A stretch of DNA of 64,000 nucleotides from Pirellulales bacterium. GTDB taxonomy: Bacteria > Planctomycetota > Planctomycetia > Pirellulales > UBA1268. Numbering within the stretch: the first letter of the stretch is position 1; each line of letters starts with the position of its first letter. The stretch lies in NCBI GenBank assembly GCA_016779265.1, contig JADHNY010000008.1, positions 4,231 to 68,230 of the forward strand. The letters are read 5' to 3'. A program made the translations under genes and the position numbers. The notes under the pieces are model-generated. The model saw nothing but the letters and a program-made list of their open reading frames with translations, had not been told where the DNA came from and did not search any database. Shown piece by piece: positions 62,431-64,000 of the stretch.

Positions 62431-62898
62431 TTATGGCTTCTTGCTGGCGAGCTTTTCGATGGTGCGAAACTCTCCGGCGGTGACAGGCATGACCGACAGT
62501 CGGCTGCCTTTGCGGAGCAGTTCCATGCCAGCGAGGGCTTTCACCCCACGCAGCTCCTCAAGAGGAATCTCACGAGAAAAAATCACGACAAGTTTCACAT
62601 CGACCATCGCCCAGATCGGCTTCTCAGGAGTCGCCTTTGGGTCGTGGTAGTGGCTCTTGGGGTCGAGGGCGGAGTGGTCGGGATAGGCCTCTTTGACCAC
62701 CTCGACAATGCCGACTGCAGCGGGTGGAGCGGCGTTGGAGTGGTAGTAGATACAGCGGTCACCCTTCTTCATGCTCTGCATAAAGTTGCGGGCCTGGTAG
62801 TTGCGAACGCCGTCCCAGCAGGTGGTTTTCTTAGGGGCTTTGGCGAGGTCCTGGATGGAAAAACTCGAGGGTTCGCTCTTGATGAGCCAGTGGTTCAT
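62431..62898 (-). CDS. EVE (PUA-like) domain protein
   Basis: 155 aa. Has MNHWLIKSEPSSFSIQDL...WDGVRNYQARNFM..MKKGDRCIYYHSN, typical of EVE/THYN1-like proteins. Confidence 0.85.
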   Translation of the reverse strand: MNHWLIKSEPSSFSIQDLAKAPKKTTCWDGVRNYQARNFMQSMKKGDRCIYYHSNAAPPAAVGIVEVVKEAYPDHSALDPKSHYHDPKATPEKPIWAMVDVKLVVIFSREIPLEELRGVKALAGMELLRKGSRLSVMPVTAGEFRTIEKLASKKP

Positions 62899-63013
62899 TG
62901 ACAGTTCCTTCGATGGTTGGCTCTATCGTGCGCGATCCTCGTCGCGTCTACAATCACCACTCCGCGATGGCCAGTGAGCACACAGTAAGCACCGCCTGGC
63001 CTGACAAGAACTG

Positions 63014-63796
63014 TCAGCCGTCGATCAGAACGACATGCAGTTCTTTGGGGCCATGGGCTCCCAGCACGAGGATCCGCTCGATGTCACCGGTACGGCTGGG
63101 GCCCGTGATGAACGACAGCATGCTGGGGAGCTGTCCGCCATGCTGTTGCTTCATGACCTCGAGAGCATCCCCAAGCGTGCTGACGATCTGCTCGGCACGG
63201 GCGATCACGACATGCACAGGGGGTAGAATCGAGAGGCCGCGGCCCCCCGAGAAACGGCTGCTGGCCAGGATTGAGCCGGTCTGAGCCACCAACAGTTCAC
63301 ACGAGGAGATGCCGGCGTCGCAGGTCTGCAACTGCCGCTTGTCACTACAGTCGCTGGAGTCCACCAGATAGGTTTCGCAGCTGACCTCGCCGATGACCTC
63401 GGCCACCAGCGGATCGTTGTGCCAGGCGATGCGTTGCCAGTCAGCCTCACGGGTCAGCTGAGCAACGCTGATTGTCGCCTCAGCGGTCGTGCCGCAGCGA
63501 TGCACGACCGCCCGCAGCTTCTCGAGATTGTCAACAAGGATCGCCAGACGCTCGCCAGGGGTCTCGCCACCATCTGGCAGCCAGGGGCGACCTGCGTCTG
63601 CAGGAAGCACCGAGAGTGTGGGAAACGGAGAGCTCTCAGCCGCAGGCGGCTGCGGGCTGGCTGCGGTGTGTGTCACCAGCGTCCGGTCAAGGACATGGGG
63701 TGGCGGTGCTGCCACGCGAAGGCCTTCGCGGAGTCGCCCCAGGATCGCCTCGCGGCTCGCTCGCGAACAGTCTGGGGTGGTCGTGGGAGTGCTCAT
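63014..63796 (-). CDS. lutC: LUD-domain lactate utilisation protein C
   Basis: 260 aa. Has GISSCELLVAQTGSILASS, LSILPPVHVVIARAEQIV, FITGPSRTGDIE and ILVLGAHGPKELHVVLID. Confidence 0.8.
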   Translation of the reverse strand: MSTPTTTPDCSRASREAILGRLREGLRVAAPPPHVLDRTLVTHTAASPQPPAAESSPFPTLSVLPADAGRPWLPDGGETPGERLAILVDNLEKLRAVVHRCGTTAEATISVAQLTREADWQRIAWHNDPLVAEVIGEVSCETYLVDSSDCSDKRQLQTCDAGISSCELLVAQTGSILASSRFSGGRGLSILPPVHVVIARAEQIVSTLGDALEVMKQQHGGQLPSMLSFITGPSRTGDIERILVLGAHGPKELHVVLIDG

Positions 63797-64000
63797 GCGG
63801 TGCCTCCTGGCAATGAGCGTGTGGCTGATCGCTGACGACGCCTCCAGGCAGACCGAAAACTCTCTTGCGGTGGTGAGGGGAGGTCACGACTCGCGAGCCA
63901 CTCACGAACCAACGGAGGCTTCAGGCGACGGGCGAGACCCATCGTATGACGGGCGATCCAGCCGGCGATTCGAAACAGCCACGGCCGACTGGCTACAGCC
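63793..64000 (-). CDS. lutB: Lactate utilisation iron-sulfur protein LutB, C-terminal fragment. Partial: the 5' end lies beyond the window.
   Basis: My reverse-strand translation gives ...AVASRPWLFRIAGWIARHTMGLARRLKPPLVREWLASRDLPSPPQESFRSAWRRRQRSATRSLPGGTA-stop. The stop overlaps the lutC ATG (ATGA). The tail (W..RDLP.P...SFR..W) resembles LutB C-termini. Confidence 0.55.
   Translation of the reverse strand, partial: AVASRPWLFRIAGWIARHTMGLARRLKPPLVREWLASRDLPSPPQESFRSAWRRRQRSATRSLPGGTA

Noticed and set aside
1-64000. Mobile elements, prophage, CRISPR-Cas, restriction-modification, toxin-antitoxin or other known defence modules
   Set aside because: I found no integrase, transposase, recombinase, Cas, methylase-nuclease pair, terminal inverted repeats or tRNA-flanked boundaries in any frame. 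The EVE-domain gene is in a biosynthetic context, not a defence context.

Overview
High-GC chromosomal segment, roughly 60-63% GC by eye. It looks planctomycetal: two prepilin-leader DUF1559/H-X9-DG proteins, a Cys-type sulfatase, OprO/P-like porins, Pro-rich exported beta-barrel proteins and long GC-rich spacers. I call about 55 protein genes, densely packed in long co-directional runs and mostly housekeeping.

Housekeeping genes:
- floA, mnmA, apt, hisI, queD, hemB, mogA
- an FeS-type photolyase and a DAHP synthase
- xseAB, lpxD-lpxI, birA, bioF, lutBC
- two non-ECF sigma-70 factors

Functional islands:
- An RND efflux operon (adaptor, pump, porin-like barrel) followed by a sigma-54 two-component system (7.3-17 kb).
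- A truncated MacB-like/HlyD pair (17.8-19.9 kb).
- A sigma-54 activator next to two tandem paralogous beta-barrel genes (36.6-40.4 kb).
- A sulfatase-linked oxidative L-fucose/L-galactose cluster (47.3-54.3 kb).
- A MobA-fusion gene followed by a 1313-aa AsmA-like gene (54.5-59.8 kb).

I saw no rRNA, tRNA, CRISPR, transposase, integrase, phage or recognisable defence genes. This does not look like a mobile or accessory island.

All family assignments come from motif recall on the supplied translations; no search was run. Many ORF-track entries are antisense or off-frame artefacts of high GC. Several listed starts (GTG or far-upstream ATG) are probably too long, and I give the start I prefer.

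The most checkable oddities are:
- the ATPase-less, FtsX-less MacB-periplasmic-domain + HlyD pair
- the tandem barrel paralogs beside a sensor-less sigma-54 activator
- the MobA fusion to an unknown W/H-rich domain
- a fucose-type cluster lacking the canonical dehydratase
- an unlisted 57-aa (A/V)AKK-repeat protein
- a His/Asp-rich pseudopilin-like protein
- a 136-nt nested inverted repeat in the pump-to-porin spacer
- a GATGA-motif array in the lowest-GC spacer
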